64,000 nucleotides of DNA from assembly GCF_006345805.1 (NCBI RefSeq), contig NC_043019.1:19653360-19717359 (forward strand), given 5' to 3'. The notes beneath the pieces are model-generated. The model worked only from the letters and a program-made list of their open reading frames with translations. It searched no databases and was not told where the DNA came from. Source of the stretch: Octopus sinensis. Taxonomy: Eukaryota. How positions within the stretch are numbered: the first letter of the stretch is position 1; every line of letters starts with the position of its first letter. Below, in pieces: positions 63,947-64,000 of this stretch. The position numbers and the translations under genes were made by a program.

Positions 63947-64000
63947 ACAATAAAAAAACCCATAAAATATCTGTTCGTTTCTTGGACAGCAACAGATGAG

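Overview
This is AT-rich metazoan DNA dense in transposons and microsatellites. The SINE families and repeat content suggest a coleoid cephalopod such as Octopus (inference). Two host genes are supported. The first is a + strand SLC16/MCT-type MFS transporter with four phase-compatible exons (12358-12501, 15359-15597, 18188-18698, 38238-38395); its N-terminal exon(s) were not found. The second is a convergent - strand GT31 (B3GALT/B3GNT-like) glycosyltransferase with one coding exon (53076-54224). Most of the rest is retroelements (R4/Dong-type, RTE, CR1/L2-group and Penelope-like fragments, tRNA-derived SINEs, and a solo LTR with a 4-bp TSD) and decayed DNA transposons (mariner, Mutator, Merlin, probable non-autonomous Helitron/Helentron). 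The most notable signal is a set of about eight dispersed minimal type-I hammerhead-ribozyme-like motifs associated with Penelope-type sequence. Three of them carry a U3/A8 swap of the C3-G8 core pair and two carry a CCGAUGA core. The large SLC16 intron also holds many long inverted repeats that could form dsRNA. The many (YI/YV/HT)n ORFs in the track are microsatellite artefacts, and no CRISPR array, rRNA or true tRNA gene was found.
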